DNA of 64,000 bases from Epithemia pelagica (taxonomy: Eukaryota > Protista > Bacillariophyta): the NCBI GenBank assembly GCA_946965045.2, contig OX337228.1:2852001-2916000 (forward strand), given 5' to 3'. Shown here in pieces: positions 11,631 to 22,813 of the stretch; within the stretch, counting starts at the first letter, position 1, and each line of letters begins with the position of its first letter. A model generated the notes under the pieces. That model did no database searches, was not told the origin of the DNA, and saw only the letters and a program-made list of their open reading frames with translations. Both the position numbers and the translations under genes were made by a program.

Positions 11631-14240
11631 TCAATCATCGTCGGAGGGTATGGAGACTACTGACGAATGATCTGCATGAGATTCAAACATTGGCCGTTGT
11701 TTTGGTTGCGATTGTTTCTTTCTCTTTTTCGAGAAAAATAGCGCTTCAGTACCTTTGTCATACGCCACGCAAATTTCACGTCGCCGCGGCTTTCTGCGAC
11801 GGACAGCTGCCTTGGAAGATGGAGACTTGCTATGATGAGTATCATTTTGATCGACAAGTCGATTCTCGTCATCTAAACATGCTATGGTGGAAGCCTTCTC
11901 GTCTTCCTTGTCCCTCTCCTCGTCGTCTTCTTCTTCTCCGTGTCCAATGGGTCTTGCCGATGGTAGTTTATGAGGAGTCAACCTTTTGCGAGGAGTTTTG
12001 CGTTTTTCTGTTTTTGACCCCTTGGTGACATTGAAATTGTCACCTCTGTTTGCCACGTGGCGCGATAAGATCCTTTCTACTCTGGAAGGGCGGGTCGCCA
12101 TAGAAGTAGCTCGCGTTGTAGTGCTGTATGTGTTTTCATTCCCCATTGTCGTTGTCGTGGTTGTTGTTGTGGAAGAAGAATTGTTGTTGCTGTCGTTCGT
12201 AGTCGAATCGGGTGCTTGACGTTTCTTGCCTCGGCGTGTAGGTAGTGTGGCACGAATTTTCGACAGCAACGTGGGATCTAGTTCATGTCGTCCATGAACG
12301 TCATGCAATTTGGTTCCAGTTAGCAAGAAACCTCCATTTTGCGTCATGTTCATCGATGGATGGGTGCGTTGTGGCAATACCTGGTACTCTCGCGTCCATG
12401 CAGTAGTTAAGCGTAATTGAATCGCACATTTCTCTTCTTCTTGCAAGTATACAAAGCATTCTGTCAAGGGCTCCAAGTATTCACAGAAAATGACAAAAGG
12501 TGCACTTGGGGCTAGCAACGGCCACAGTTGTTGTATTGTATCAAGCAAGTCAACATTTCGGACAGCTAAAATCAAGGAATCGACGGGTTGTTGTCGTAAT
12601 TGTTGCGCACATTCGAGTGGGGATGGACGCGTCAACTTGCGAGCAAATCTCCCGGCTCGTTTTTCCAAGAATTGTTCTTGTTGTTTGATAGTCATGGTTG
12701 TTTTCAGATACTCGCGCGTATGGTCCTGTAAGGGACAAGGCCATTTGACGGCATCTCGATCCTGCGCTTCCGCATCGACATCATCTTCTGGTGCCGGCGG
12801 GGACTCCGCAAGATTCGCCTTGTTTGCTACTCCATCGGTGTTGTTGTCGTCATCGTCATTGTATGACTCGTTCGAACCAAAAACGTCAGAGCCATGAACC
12901 CATTGAATAGACGATAGGATTCCGAATGGAAAGTTGAACTTCAGCACCATGATTTCATTGGAAGATGGTTGTTGTCCTGTATAAATAGAGAAGACTTTGC
13001 CATATCCTCCAAGTCGTTCTGCGACGCTGCCTGTGATGATTCCGTGCACGTCCTCCCACACCAAGACGGAGTGACCGGCAGTAATATTGGCATGACTCAA
13101 CATGGACGCAAGGGTATCTGTTCGTAAATTGGCATAGCGTTTGGGGTCGCGGGCAAAGGTGGCTTGGCAGATGGTGCGTGCCGTACATTGAACCAGTCGA
13201 CAACGAACTTGATACTTCATTTGCTTCTTCAGAATGTACTTGGCCTGACTATATTCCGTCTTGGTGGCAAAAGTGGAAGAGTTTTGAATCAATTCATTGA
13301 CAATTTCACTTCCCGAAGTGCCCGTCTTCCGCCACTCTACCAAAGTTTGTTGATCCAAAGCCTGACTTGTATTGGAATCGACCAAATGACGGTTGTCCCG
13401 CTTTTCCGAAGCACTTTCAGTCTTGTTGACACTCTGTTCCTTGTCATCAGGAACTGGTTCGGTTTGCCCTTCTCCATGTAGGACAGCGGACCTGCTTCCA
13501 GTTGCAGGAAGGGAGGATGATGGTTGATCGAATATAGTATTGTCGGCGTTGGTCGCCAAACCTTTCTTTTCGGAAGTTTTTTCGACTGAGTTCGTCCCCG
13601 ATGCTGTCGTTCTTATATCTTCATTGGCGTCGTTACCATTGTTGGTACTAGTGTTGGTTGGAAAGCCATCGCCCTCATTGTTCTCGAGGTCTTCTCCTGG
13701 AGCTGTGGAAGAAGAGGCAGCAACCGTCGTAGGCACCAAAGGTTCGGAGGCAGGCAAGACTTGCAAATGATTGCGTTCAACTTGCAATACCGTTCCATAC
13801 AGTAAGCCAGCCAAATTAGAGGTAGGATAGGTTCGTCGATTAATTTTTACCCCCGCACCCTTTTTCACCTCGGCAAATAAATGACGTCCATCAGCAAAGA
13901 CCAGCAACACCCAATCTCCCCATTGCGCAATTTGATCCGAAGAAAACGTCACCAGATTCGTTGTCGGATCTTCTACGTTCTTCTGATCATTTGTGACGGG
14001 GGATACTGAAGTGGATTCGCTGGAAGACTGTGTTTGCACTTGTCCGTGTTGATGTTCTCGCCACCACCAGTGTGGATCCACGACGGGTGTTGTCGAGGGG
14101 ACATCCACGGCACTGGTTGTGGCTTCCATGGCATCAGCACCCTGCATGATCACATCACTTGTCTCATCATCTTGTTTAGAGGGGAGGGGAGCGGGTGTGG
14201 GTGGTTCGACCGCTGCTTGATCGGCATTCCCCGTCGACAT
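11631..14240 (-). CDS. TRM6: tRNA (adenine-58-N1)-methyltransferase non-catalytic subunit Trm6/Gcd10
   Basis: Gcd10p motifs DNRHLVD..SQAL, LIQNSSTFATKTEYSQAKY..KK..KY, LRTDTLASML, PSAPFVIFCEYLEPL, REYQVLPQRTHP. Start at MSTGNAD (14240) is inferred; the ORF opens at 14381. Confidence 0.92.
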   Translation of the reverse strand: MSTGNADQAAVEPPTPAPLPSKQDDETSDVIMQGADAMEATTSAVDVPSTTPVVDPHWWWREHQHGQVQTQSSSESTSVSPVTNDQKNVEDPTTNLVTFSSDQIAQWGDWVLLVFADGRHLFAEVKKGAGVKINRRTYPTSNLAGLLYGTVLQVERNHLQVLPASEPLVPTTVAASSSTAPGEDLENNEGDGFPTNTSTNNGNDANEDIRTTASGTNSVEKTSEKKGLATNADNTIFDQPSSSLPATGSRSAVLHGEGQTEPVPDDKEQSVNKTESASEKRDNRHLVDSNTSQALDQQTLVEWRKTGTSGSEIVNELIQNSSTFATKTEYSQAKYILKKQMKYQVRCRLVQCTARTICQATFARDPKRYANLRTDTLASMLSHANITAGHSVLVWEDVHGIITGSVAERLGGYGKVFSIYTGQQPSSNEIMVLKFNFPFGILSSIQWVHGSDVFGSNESYNDDDDNNTDGVANKANLAESPPAPEDDVDAEAQDRDAVKWPCPLQDHTREYLKTTMTIKQQEQFLEKRAGRFARKLTRPSPLECAQQLRQQPVDSLILAVRNVDLLDTIQQLWPLLAPSAPFVIFCEYLEPLTECFVYLQEEEKCAIQLRLTTAWTREYQVLPQRTHPSMNMTQNGGFLLTGTKLHDVHGRHELDPTLLSKIRATLPTRRGKKRQAPDSTTNDSNNNSSSTTTTTTTTMGNENTYSTTTRATSMATRPSRVERILSRHVANRGDNFNVTKGSKTEKRKTPRKRLTPHKLPSARPIGHGEEEDDEERDKEDEKASTIACLDDENRLVDQNDTHHSKSPSSKAAVRRRKPRRREICVAYDKGTEALFFSKKRKKQSQPKQRPMFESHADHSSVVSIPSDDD

Positions 14241-14428
14241 GGTCAGCTCATGTGGCCAAGGATCTAGGAGAGTACGTCCTACGCACCAAACATAGCTAGG
14301 AGTAGGCGGCATTAGTATAATCCCATCATAATCCCGTAGTCGGTAGGAACGTGGTATGCACGTCCTATTTGTCAAATCCATGTATGAGGTACGGAAATAA
14401 AATCGTTGAAATGATTCTAGCCGTAAGT

Positions 14429-17239
14429 TTACTGCGATGACGCTGCTGCACTGGTATTTACATAGAAAGATTGGTTTTGTGCGGCACCTTCGTATTCTTG
14501 GTTGTAGAGCATTTGGCCATCAGGATACCAGGACCAGACAAACGAATCTCGAGATGGAATTCCATTGTACAGTTCTTTCCACTTAAACAGACTTCCTGGT
14601 AAGAGATAAAAGTCGACCGACCGAGCTGACTCGTTCTGTAAAAGTGCTGGTTGAGCGGTGTACCGGTGGAATTCCCAAGATGGGTCATCGATTGGCATCA
14701 CGGGAGCGTTGGATAGTTTAAATTCTTGCAATGCTTGTTCTCGTGGGGTGTCCTTCCAATGCTGCAAGGAACTTTGACTGCGCGTCGTAGCCATGTCGCA
14801 TGGACGCATGTTGGGATGACTTCCAATCCAATATTCGGCCAAGTAGCGATCAGCCCCCACAATGTTGTCCACAGGTGGGAAATAAAATGTTTGATAGTGA
14901 CCTTCCTGCACCATCTTGTCGAACATGGCTTGGCGCTTCTGCTCCAATACGTTCCATGTGTGGATCCGGTTAATGTAGTCGCATGTTGTTGTCCAGACGT
15001 TGCCGGGAAAATGATGGTACGGCATTGGTTGAAAGAGCAGGCCACATACATCGCACCGATGTTGAGTGCTATTGGTGCCACCCATCAGTCCATTTGCGCA
15101 ATGATCACTGGTCGCGGCGTCTGTCATGGCTCGTCTCCAGTTGTCTTGACCAGCAAATAAAGGTCCATCCTTATCTTCCTGATGATAAGACCCCTTGTTG
15201 TGCATATAGATAATTTGATGGTGGCTTGATGTTGTTTGGCGCCTGTTCTTTTCATGATCCATCCCTGGCGCACAGAGTGGATGGATGTGTTTCAACGTTA
15301 AAGATTCCATCCCACTGTTTGAATGGCCCATATGAATGCATTGTAAACCGTGGCGCCGACACTCGCTCAGAACTACGGATACTGTTTCATTGCTCCCAAT
15401 GGAGACAAAGCGCAGTTGCACTGAAGTCAGTGTTTTTGCATATTGCTGCTTCACCACTGCGGATTCCGCTACTTGCCGGAGTTGGTCGATGATCACGAGC
15501 TTTGCCTTGGTTTTCCTTTGTGGTTCTCCTTTCAGAGTTGGAACAAATACATTGTAGAATATAGTGACTCTGCGGATGGGAGGAAAACTGTGTCCCGTCG
15601 TGGTCGACTCAGTCCACGGCGCTGAGATCGCGTTTTGCTGCTGTCCATCATCGGGTTTATCGATATTCATGGTACCATCAAAGCTACTGACATTGCGACC
15701 ACCTGGATACCAAGACCACACCCATGAATCACTATCCGGTGTTTCATTGTACATGACCTTCCATTGAAATAAACGACCGCGAAGAAGGTAGAAGTCGATA
15801 CTTTGAAGCAGCGTACTGTTGAGAATCCATGGTCGAGTCGCATAACGGTAGAAATCCCAGACACGGCTCTGAATTGGTGCAAGTGGGGCAGCCGTCAGAT
15901 GGAATTCAATTTTGGCCTCGGACAGCTTCGTGTCTTTCCAATGTTGAAGGGCACTGTGGTCATTCGACGAAGCAACTTGACATGGCCGCATCCGGGGATG
16001 AGAACCAATCCAATAATCGACGAGAAACTGCGCTGCTCCAACGCGGCTGTCAGACCCATCAAACAATAGGGATTCATACTGTGGCTGGTCAGGGTCGTTG
16101 TGGTCAACAATCGCTTGTAGCACTTCTTGGTGCTTTTTTTCCAAGGTCGACCAGTCACTATGAAGCCGAAGAATGTAGTCACATGTTGATGTCCATATAT
16201 TTCCGGGAAAGTGATGAAAGGGAAGTGGCTGAAACAAGAGACCACAAACATTGCATTTTTCTTTCTGCTTGTTGCGTGTGACTCCGTCAAAAAGGCCCTC
16301 CTGGCAATCCCTACTTAAGACGGCGTTCGTCATTGAGCGTCGCAAATTGTCTTGACCGATATAGTTTGGTCCATCTTTGCCCTCCTGGTGAAAGGACCCT
16401 TTGTTGTGTAAGTAAATGATCTGGTCCTCCTTGTTTGCGGCTGGAGACGAAGACTGCGATTCTGTATCTAACGTTTTTGCCACGCAATAGGGATGTATTT
16501 GCTTAAGTGTTTGTTCTTGCCAACCCCTATTGTAGTGACTGGTGTGGACGCACTCCCAATTATTTCTTTTGCACTCATCCATAATGATAGGTGTTGATAA
16601 ATTGCTGCCAATCGTTGCAAAGCGAAGGTGAACCCAGCTGGAAGTATGTTTACTTGCTTCCGCGATTTGCTCCAATTGCTCCAGAATGATATTCCTGGCC
16701 TTGTTGCGTCGAGGAAAGCGAGTAAATGGTGGTACGAAAACATTGTAGAATATTGTAAAACGCCTTGGCTTTGTTTCATTCGGACCACTCTTTGACATTG
16801 TTGTCGAGAGATTCATTGGAATGGAAGCCGTCAAGTTGGGTCGAGATTTGACGGTCGAGGAAGCTAATTCTCTACCAAATGCGCTTTCAGCCATCGCTTG
16901 ATCAGTCATGTCCACGGTCAACATTGTCGTCATGCGGTACATCATCATAAACGTATCCAATGTGATAGCAATCAAAACAGTAGTGATAGCCTGAAAACAT
17001 ACATTTCTTCGATGACTGTGTTTTTCATCGTTCTCCCTGCTGTCTCTTCGTCTTCGCCGTCCTTCGCGCGTGCGATATCTGCGTGCCTTGACCACATAAA
17101 CAATCGGTTTCTCGGTTGAACGCATTCTTGATTTCCGCGGTGGACAATCCTCGTGAGTCGATGCTCGATATGGCGTCTTCAGAAGAACGGTTGTGCTCTG
17201 GTCAGCCCTGCTTATGTCATCAGTTGCTGGACGCTGCAC
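14429..17239 (-). CDS. Type II membrane protein with two tandem copies of a putative glycosyltransferase-like domain
   Basis: N-terminal TM (AITTVLIAITLDTFMMMY); two ~350-aa repeats sharing TIFYNVFVP, IIY(L/M)HNKGS(F/Y)H, CxVCGLLFQP, HHFPGN(I/V)W and W(V/F)WSWYP-type ends. Confidence 0.75.
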   Translation of the reverse strand: MQRPATDDISRADQSTTVLLKTPYRASTHEDCPPRKSRMRSTEKPIVYVVKARRYRTREGRRRRRDSRENDEKHSHRRNVCFQAITTVLIAITLDTFMMMYRMTTMLTVDMTDQAMAESAFGRELASSTVKSRPNLTASIPMNLSTTMSKSGPNETKPRRFTIFYNVFVPPFTRFPRRNKARNIILEQLEQIAEASKHTSSWVHLRFATIGSNLSTPIIMDECKRNNWECVHTSHYNRGWQEQTLKQIHPYCVAKTLDTESQSSSPAANKEDQIIYLHNKGSFHQEGKDGPNYIGQDNLRRSMTNAVLSRDCQEGLFDGVTRNKQKEKCNVCGLLFQPLPFHHFPGNIWTSTCDYILRLHSDWSTLEKKHQEVLQAIVDHNDPDQPQYESLLFDGSDSRVGAAQFLVDYWIGSHPRMRPCQVASSNDHSALQHWKDTKLSEAKIEFHLTAAPLAPIQSRVWDFYRYATRPWILNSTLLQSIDFYLLRGRLFQWKVMYNETPDSDSWVWSWYPGGRNVSSFDGTMNIDKPDDGQQQNAISAPWTESTTTGHSFPPIRRVTIFYNVFVPTLKGEPQRKTKAKLVIIDQLRQVAESAVVKQQYAKTLTSVQLRFVSIGSNETVSVVLSECRRHGLQCIHMGHSNSGMESLTLKHIHPLCAPGMDHEKNRRQTTSSHHQIIYMHNKGSYHQEDKDGPLFAGQDNWRRAMTDAATSDHCANGLMGGTNSTQHRCDVCGLLFQPMPYHHFPGNVWTTTCDYINRIHTWNVLEQKRQAMFDKMVQEGHYQTFYFPPVDNIVGADRYLAEYWIGSHPNMRPCDMATTRSQSSLQHWKDTPREQALQEFKLSNAPVMPIDDPSWEFHRYTAQPALLQNESARSVDFYLLPGSLFKWKELYNGIPSRDSFVWSWYPDGQMLYNQEYEGAAQNQSFYVNTSAAASSQ

Positions 17240-17394
17240 TCGGTGTGTGGTCCGGTGTGATTTAGGTCCGGCGTTTAAACAAAGCCGTAAAAATTGGGAT
17301 CGTGGTTCGTCGCCTCAAATACTATCTACTTCTTCAATGTCCGATGTCTACTAGGAGTAGAGAGTGCGAAGGACGACTTACACTACTCCTACTA

Positions 17395-18114
17395 CTCCCT
17401 CCGGCCTTTTTTTATCGCACGATCTATTTTTCTAAAAATCAGTCGCATAAACACACGTCGTAGGACCTGGTACATTTCTACAGGAGGATGGCCGGCTCAT
17501 TCGGAGTCGAATTTTACAGATGAACATTCAATGTGACACGCGCCACAACTTAACTATCCTTCTATCGCGTGACACTTTTAACCGCTTTTGTAACAGCAGT
17601 CGAAGAACACATAGGAATCGACCACGCGCGCGTGCGTTGGATGAAATTTCGGGGGAGTTAATTAAGTCCACCGCGTGCGAGTTGCTCTGCGCACTCTCAT
17701 AGCCTACTTATGATGGATCGATGAACTCCAAAAATTTTGGCGACGAAAGACAAAACACCTCTGGCAAGGTGCCATTCAGATGGGGAAGGATAGATGAATG
17801 TCTATAGAACGTCCACAGTCATTAGCCGGCAAGTCTATGTACTTTACCCCCTCGCGGGCATGGCTGGAGGGTGCCATCCCTTGGGTGCGCCTGGGGGGCC
17901 AGAACTGGTACGCCAAAGTTTCGACTGCGTTTTTAGCCTCTTTTAGTTCCATGTAGCTCTCCAGGATTGTGAGAAGGAACATATAAATTATACATGGAAA
18001 TTTGAGTCTAGTAATAAGCTTTCGATCTATATAATTTTTAGCGCGAACGGGCTGACGCTCGAGACGTTATGTCATTTTTCTCAACTTCGTGCGATAAAAA
18101 AAAGCCGGAGGGAG
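17395..18114. mobile_element. Stowaway-like MITE (720 bp, TA TSD)
   Basis: TA|CTCCCTCCGGCCTTTTTTTATCGCACGA ... TCGTGCGATAAAAAAAAGCCGGAGGGAG|TA; 28-bp TIR with 1 mismatch. Confidence 0.9.
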
Positions 18115-18827
18115 TAGTAATTTTGTGGCGAATGGCTGATGGCGGTGCGGATGGCGGACGACCGACTCGCGCCCGCGCCTCCATGGCATTGGCAATTGAT
18201 CATGGGACGAATACTTAGGAATTCTATAGTTAAATGGTTAATGGTTACTTCCTAGTTATTATATTTTTGGACTGCCCACTACCACTAACTATGTACGAGC
18301 TCCACCGCACGAAAGTTCTTCACGCGGTAGCCCGTGCTTTCAGGGCCTCCACTGTTTTTTCTATAGTGATTCTAACTTGGTAGGAAGAGCATTACGGTCA
18401 TTTTGCACTGCATAACACCACCATGGCACACTCAAGCCGGTGTGCACCTCCAACGAAAGGTGCTAGCACTCCGCCGACCATCCAGGAAGCTTGATCTTCA
18501 CGTGTACCGTGGGGGAATGGACGGGAAGGGATGATCTGTGAAAATCTGTGGAGCTACAGGAAGATTTCGAAGACCTTCCATTTTTGGCAACCGGAGCGAA
18601 GGAAGTGACCGTGGAAAGAAGACGATGACGATCGATATAATGAATCCAGCATCTCTCTTCTCGCATCAATCAACTCGTCGTCATCGATTGGTCCGAACAC
18701 AACAAATGCGCGCCTCGTCCGTTGGTGGTTCTAACGCAACAAAAGCCTGACTAGTCCTAACAAAACAAGTGTCAACCGTGGGTCGAAGGGGCTTCTACTG
18801 CCATCAAGGATGGTGATGCCCGTGGTG

Positions 18828-19770
18828 CGGCTGCTTCCGACAACAGAGTTCGAGAGGAAGAAGAAGGAGTGGACGCCGTGGAGCTGTGGTGGCCTTGGTT
18901 GAAGAGCCTTGCGAGCGGCAAACTGTTTGGTTCGACAAGTTGATGAGCGGCGACAACGACCAAGACAGGACCACAGATGGAAACAACAACAACAACACCG
19001 AGGTTGTACTGGACCTAAGGACACAACAATAAACAACTGAAAGGTAGTGTTATGGTGCAACAATGGAGGGAGACTTCCCTTCACTTTTTGGCAGCCTCCT
19101 CGGCCGAGGATGTCGCCACAACCAGAACAGGATGGAGAATCACGACGACAAAACCAACAACCACAACGACCGAGCCATCGGATGGTGATGATGATACGAC
19201 ACCCTCAACCATGACCACAGACACAACCAAGTACATGTAACCAATTGGTTTTGGCCTCGCGTAGCAGTGCATGTCCCCATCATAACAATCAACTGGTTGG
19301 TTCGGCCGAGTGAAACACTTCGGGGCCACGATAATGACAATGACAACAAACACACCAATCACCAGCTGCTCTCCATCTCTGTCTCTCTCAGTTCTCCGGT
19401 TCTACAACAAGCGCAACAATCAACTTCTTGGTTTGGCCGAAAGAGACAATCCGGTGCCACGACAACGGGGCCAAACTCAACAATGAACTCCTCGTCTCGG
19501 CTGAATGCAACAATCTCCTATAACAACGACCACAAGCAGCAGTGGTGGTAACATAAAATAGGCTTATCATTAGGAAGCGGTTTGTACATTTTGCACTAGT
19601 ATGATTGTTGTTTTACTACTGTCGTACAGGAAGGGTAATCGCATACTCGTATCATGGTGAGAGGTTTCATCGGTACGAGGTAACCTTACGAGAAAATCAA
19701 CCGTGGATGAGGGGCAATTCATTTTACTCTTGGAAAATGTATGGTGTAGTGAATCTCGTTGGGCGGAAGT
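18828..19770. repeat. Degenerate dispersed repeat related to the interior of the 29597-31027 element
   Basis: 18828-18879 matches 30512-30560 and 19705-19766 matches 30884-30950, in the same order and orientation; ACA-rich low complexity. Confidence 0.7.
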
Positions 19771-20457
19771 CTCATCAGTTGGTGAAGCACGGGCTACTGC
19801 GCGAAGAACTTTCGTGCGGTGGAGCTCGTAGATGTAGATATGGGCGCGAGCGCGATGAGGTGCGCTTATGACGACAAGAAGGGCAATAACGAAGAGAAGT
19901 GGAACGCATAACTAGCAAGTAGGTTTGCACGCGGTATGCCGAGGCAATACACCAAGCTCGAAGCACGAATCACGAATCGAGGTCTATTGTACTTCGTACT
20001 CGTATGGTGCATACGAGTATGGACCAGTAACCTTACTTTTCTTGTTCAGGGAAAAATCTTGACTGACTGGCGTGCAGGGAGTTGCGAAGAAAGAATACAA
20101 TCGAAGATAAGTGAAGGAATACTGACTACTGCTACCTCTCTAGCTCTAGAACTACCTACCTAGTACTCCTACCTAGAATACGGCTAGGAGTGCGAATATC
20201 AATCATACGCATAGAAACGATGAAATCGTCCTTTTATATACTGAAATCGAGATTATCCTGATTGTGACATACACGAGGGGAGTCGTCAACCGGGGCCAAA
20301 GCGCCGGACGATGACATCGCCATGGTGTTACAGAGTATGATGGGAACATGAAAGCGGATACGGGATTTGTCGCCGTGCAAGCCCAGGGCACAACACGACG
20401 ACATCAGGATGCAACTGCCATCAGCGAAAGAATTGGGTCAAGAAATGAGTCTATCAA

Positions 20458-21399
20458 TTATTTGTCTATCATGGAAGACATATATTGTGCTTGAGCCACG
20501 AACTGAGCAAAAAGAGTGTGAGTCTGAGAAACTTGGCAGCAGCAATCGCGAAGTTCTTGCTCGACGGTATCTCTAGTCCAAAGTCCCTTCCTGTATTCGG
20601 ACTGAATGTCCGACACAACTTCCTGGATCCAGCATCGACGCTCCTTGGATTCCTGCTTTACACCAGGGATCATGTAGTATTCTAGACCAATCCAATCGAA
20701 ACCAGACTCTTGATCGGTACCCGAAGCGTTGTTAGGACTGTTGCTCTTTGCCTTTGCTTCAGATAAGGCTTGACCAGGCGCACAACAACCGAGATCAGTG
20801 TCCTTCTCTTGTCTCTTGTATAGTTTACCCATAATATCCCTTACAGCCTCGTTTTGCCGAATAATTTTGGATACATTTTCAAGCTCATAGTTAACGTTGG
20901 CCGCAAGTTGAATCAAATACATCAACGAATCGGAAAAGAACAAAGCTCCCTCATGTCTGTTGTTTTCTTGGTATTTGTCATGGCGGCGCTTTTGTCCCTC
21001 TTGCCGTTCCATAATGACTTGCCATTGAACGCGACGAACCTGTCTTTCCATCTCGAAACGAAATTGGTCATAGTCCGCTGCCGTATACCAAGTACATTGT
21101 TTGTCACCCTCTTCGTATTCTCGCGGGTAGGATCGGTTGTGTCTTTCGTTAAAGCGCACTTTCCGTCTTAGAGGACTCTTGTAAAGTGACCTTGTCACGC
21201 GAAGTACGGATTTGCTTCCTGGCTTCTGTGGTGTTTTCAGTTTGTTTACACTTTCATGCACCGATATGGTAGATCGTATGGATCGGTCGTCATAGTCATA
21301 CGGACCAATGCCTGAACATCCCTTGTTGTTCCGTAGTTGCTGCTGCTTCGGCGAGGGACTTGTCTTTTCGTGGCTTTGGGAGCTTTCAGTCTCAATCAT
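20458..21399 (-). CDS. Hypothetical protein of diatom type with a KVRF...WYT..DY..FR motif
   Basis: 313-aa ORF with ATG start; RRKVRFNERHN...CTWYTAADYDQFRFE. Confidence 0.75.
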   Translation of the reverse strand: MIETESSQSHEKTSPSPKQQQLRNNKGCSGIGPYDYDDRSIRSTISVHESVNKLKTPQKPGSKSVLRVTRSLYKSPLRRKVRFNERHNRSYPREYEEGDKQCTWYTAADYDQFRFEMERQVRRVQWQVIMERQEGQKRRHDKYQENNRHEGALFFSDSLMYLIQLAANVNYELENVSKIIRQNEAVRDIMGKLYKRQEKDTDLGCCAPGQALSEAKAKSNSPNNASGTDQESGFDWIGLEYYMIPGVKQESKERRCWIQEVVSDIQSEYRKGLWTRDTVEQELRDCCCQVSQTHTLFAQFVAQAQYMSSMIDK

Positions 21400-22813
21400 G
21401 GTGAAGATGATGGTTAACGATTAACGATCGACGATGTTGTGATTTTTGTTTTGATGGTTGTTGTGGTTTGTGGTTTGTGGAGTTTTTTCATAGCCATAGT
21501 CACTGAAATTTCTGCGACCACAAATACGCCCTACCATATTCGTATGCTTGTCCCCCGGCAGCGCGCAGGGATTTCAAGAACATAAATAGAATATTGTAAA
21601 TTGATTGTCCCATTCTGATCTCTTTCATGGATGACGCGATGATGATGATGTGTGGTTGGGCTTGGGGTTTGTGGTGCTACTCGTATGTTGCAATTATTGC
21701 TCACATTTTCAACTATTGCTCAACGAATTTCGAGTCTGCTTCGTCCCAGGACTTTTTGCCGGATGATGAAAGCTCAAAGCGGTCTTTCTAACCGTGCCGA
21801 GTGCTAAGAAGTCTTTGTCGCGAAAAACGGGGGCATCTGAATTTTTGACTATTAGGAAACTTGAGATGCGGACTATAGATGGAAACGAGCTTCGACACTG
21901 GCAACCCATCGAAGTGAAGTAAAACGCATTGCCCAGTGCTGCAACTTGTACAAATCCCAGTTGCTTCGTTTTGTGGTCTGTGCTTCTCTTTCTCATGTAG
22001 CCACGATTTCGAGGGTTCCAGAATAGAGCTCGCGATAACACACTGGGTGTCTTCTTGAGTCTTGGTTTGTTGTCAGAGGACACAATTTGCGTTTCGGGTC
22101 TTTCGCGTCTACAAGTTTTTTCCAAACTCAATCCCCAAATCAGCTTTTATTACATGGAAGGACTGCGATGTACCTGAAGGTCCCAACACGGAGATGCTCA
22201 CCACTCACTCATACATACCAACTGATTAATAATACCTCAATCCTCAATTTCTTCCAGATCATGGAGATATAAGAATTCCACACTGTGCAGGTTTGATCGA
22301 GCGATGAGCAAAATGCACAAACACTAGGTTGATATTTGCTTTACTAGTTGTTGCTCTCTTTTCCTCGCCGGGTAATCCCGGAGAGGGACACCTCATGAGC
22401 ACGCCAGCGAAAATCATCTACGACCCAGAGAATATTCGTACGAGAGAAGTGTAAACCAGCGGGTTGTGAGAAAAAGATCATCATAATGCGAATGTGTTAT
22501 TTGGGGCTATTTGAGTCAACAAGCTTTTTTCGATTCCTATAAACTACGACCAGTGCATGATCAAGGTTCGGGTGGTCTACCAAGACCAAGGTCTACGAGC
22601 TATTCCTACAAATCCAAAGCGAGAAACCAAACATGACTTGAAAGGTTTCACCCATTATGACGTTCCGTCTTCTCTATATTTCATACTGACCGTGGCAATG
22701 ATGAAAACAAATGTACCTCCAAAGCTCGTCCTGTATCATTCATAGCACGCGTTGGGCACACTCCACACTCACATCTGAAACCAGAATTTCGGTTGTGCAG
22801 CACAACAAACTTT

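Noticed and set aside
21709-22745. Short ORFs between the KVRF-motif gene and GPAT
   Set aside because: No homology cues; cannot be supported as genes.
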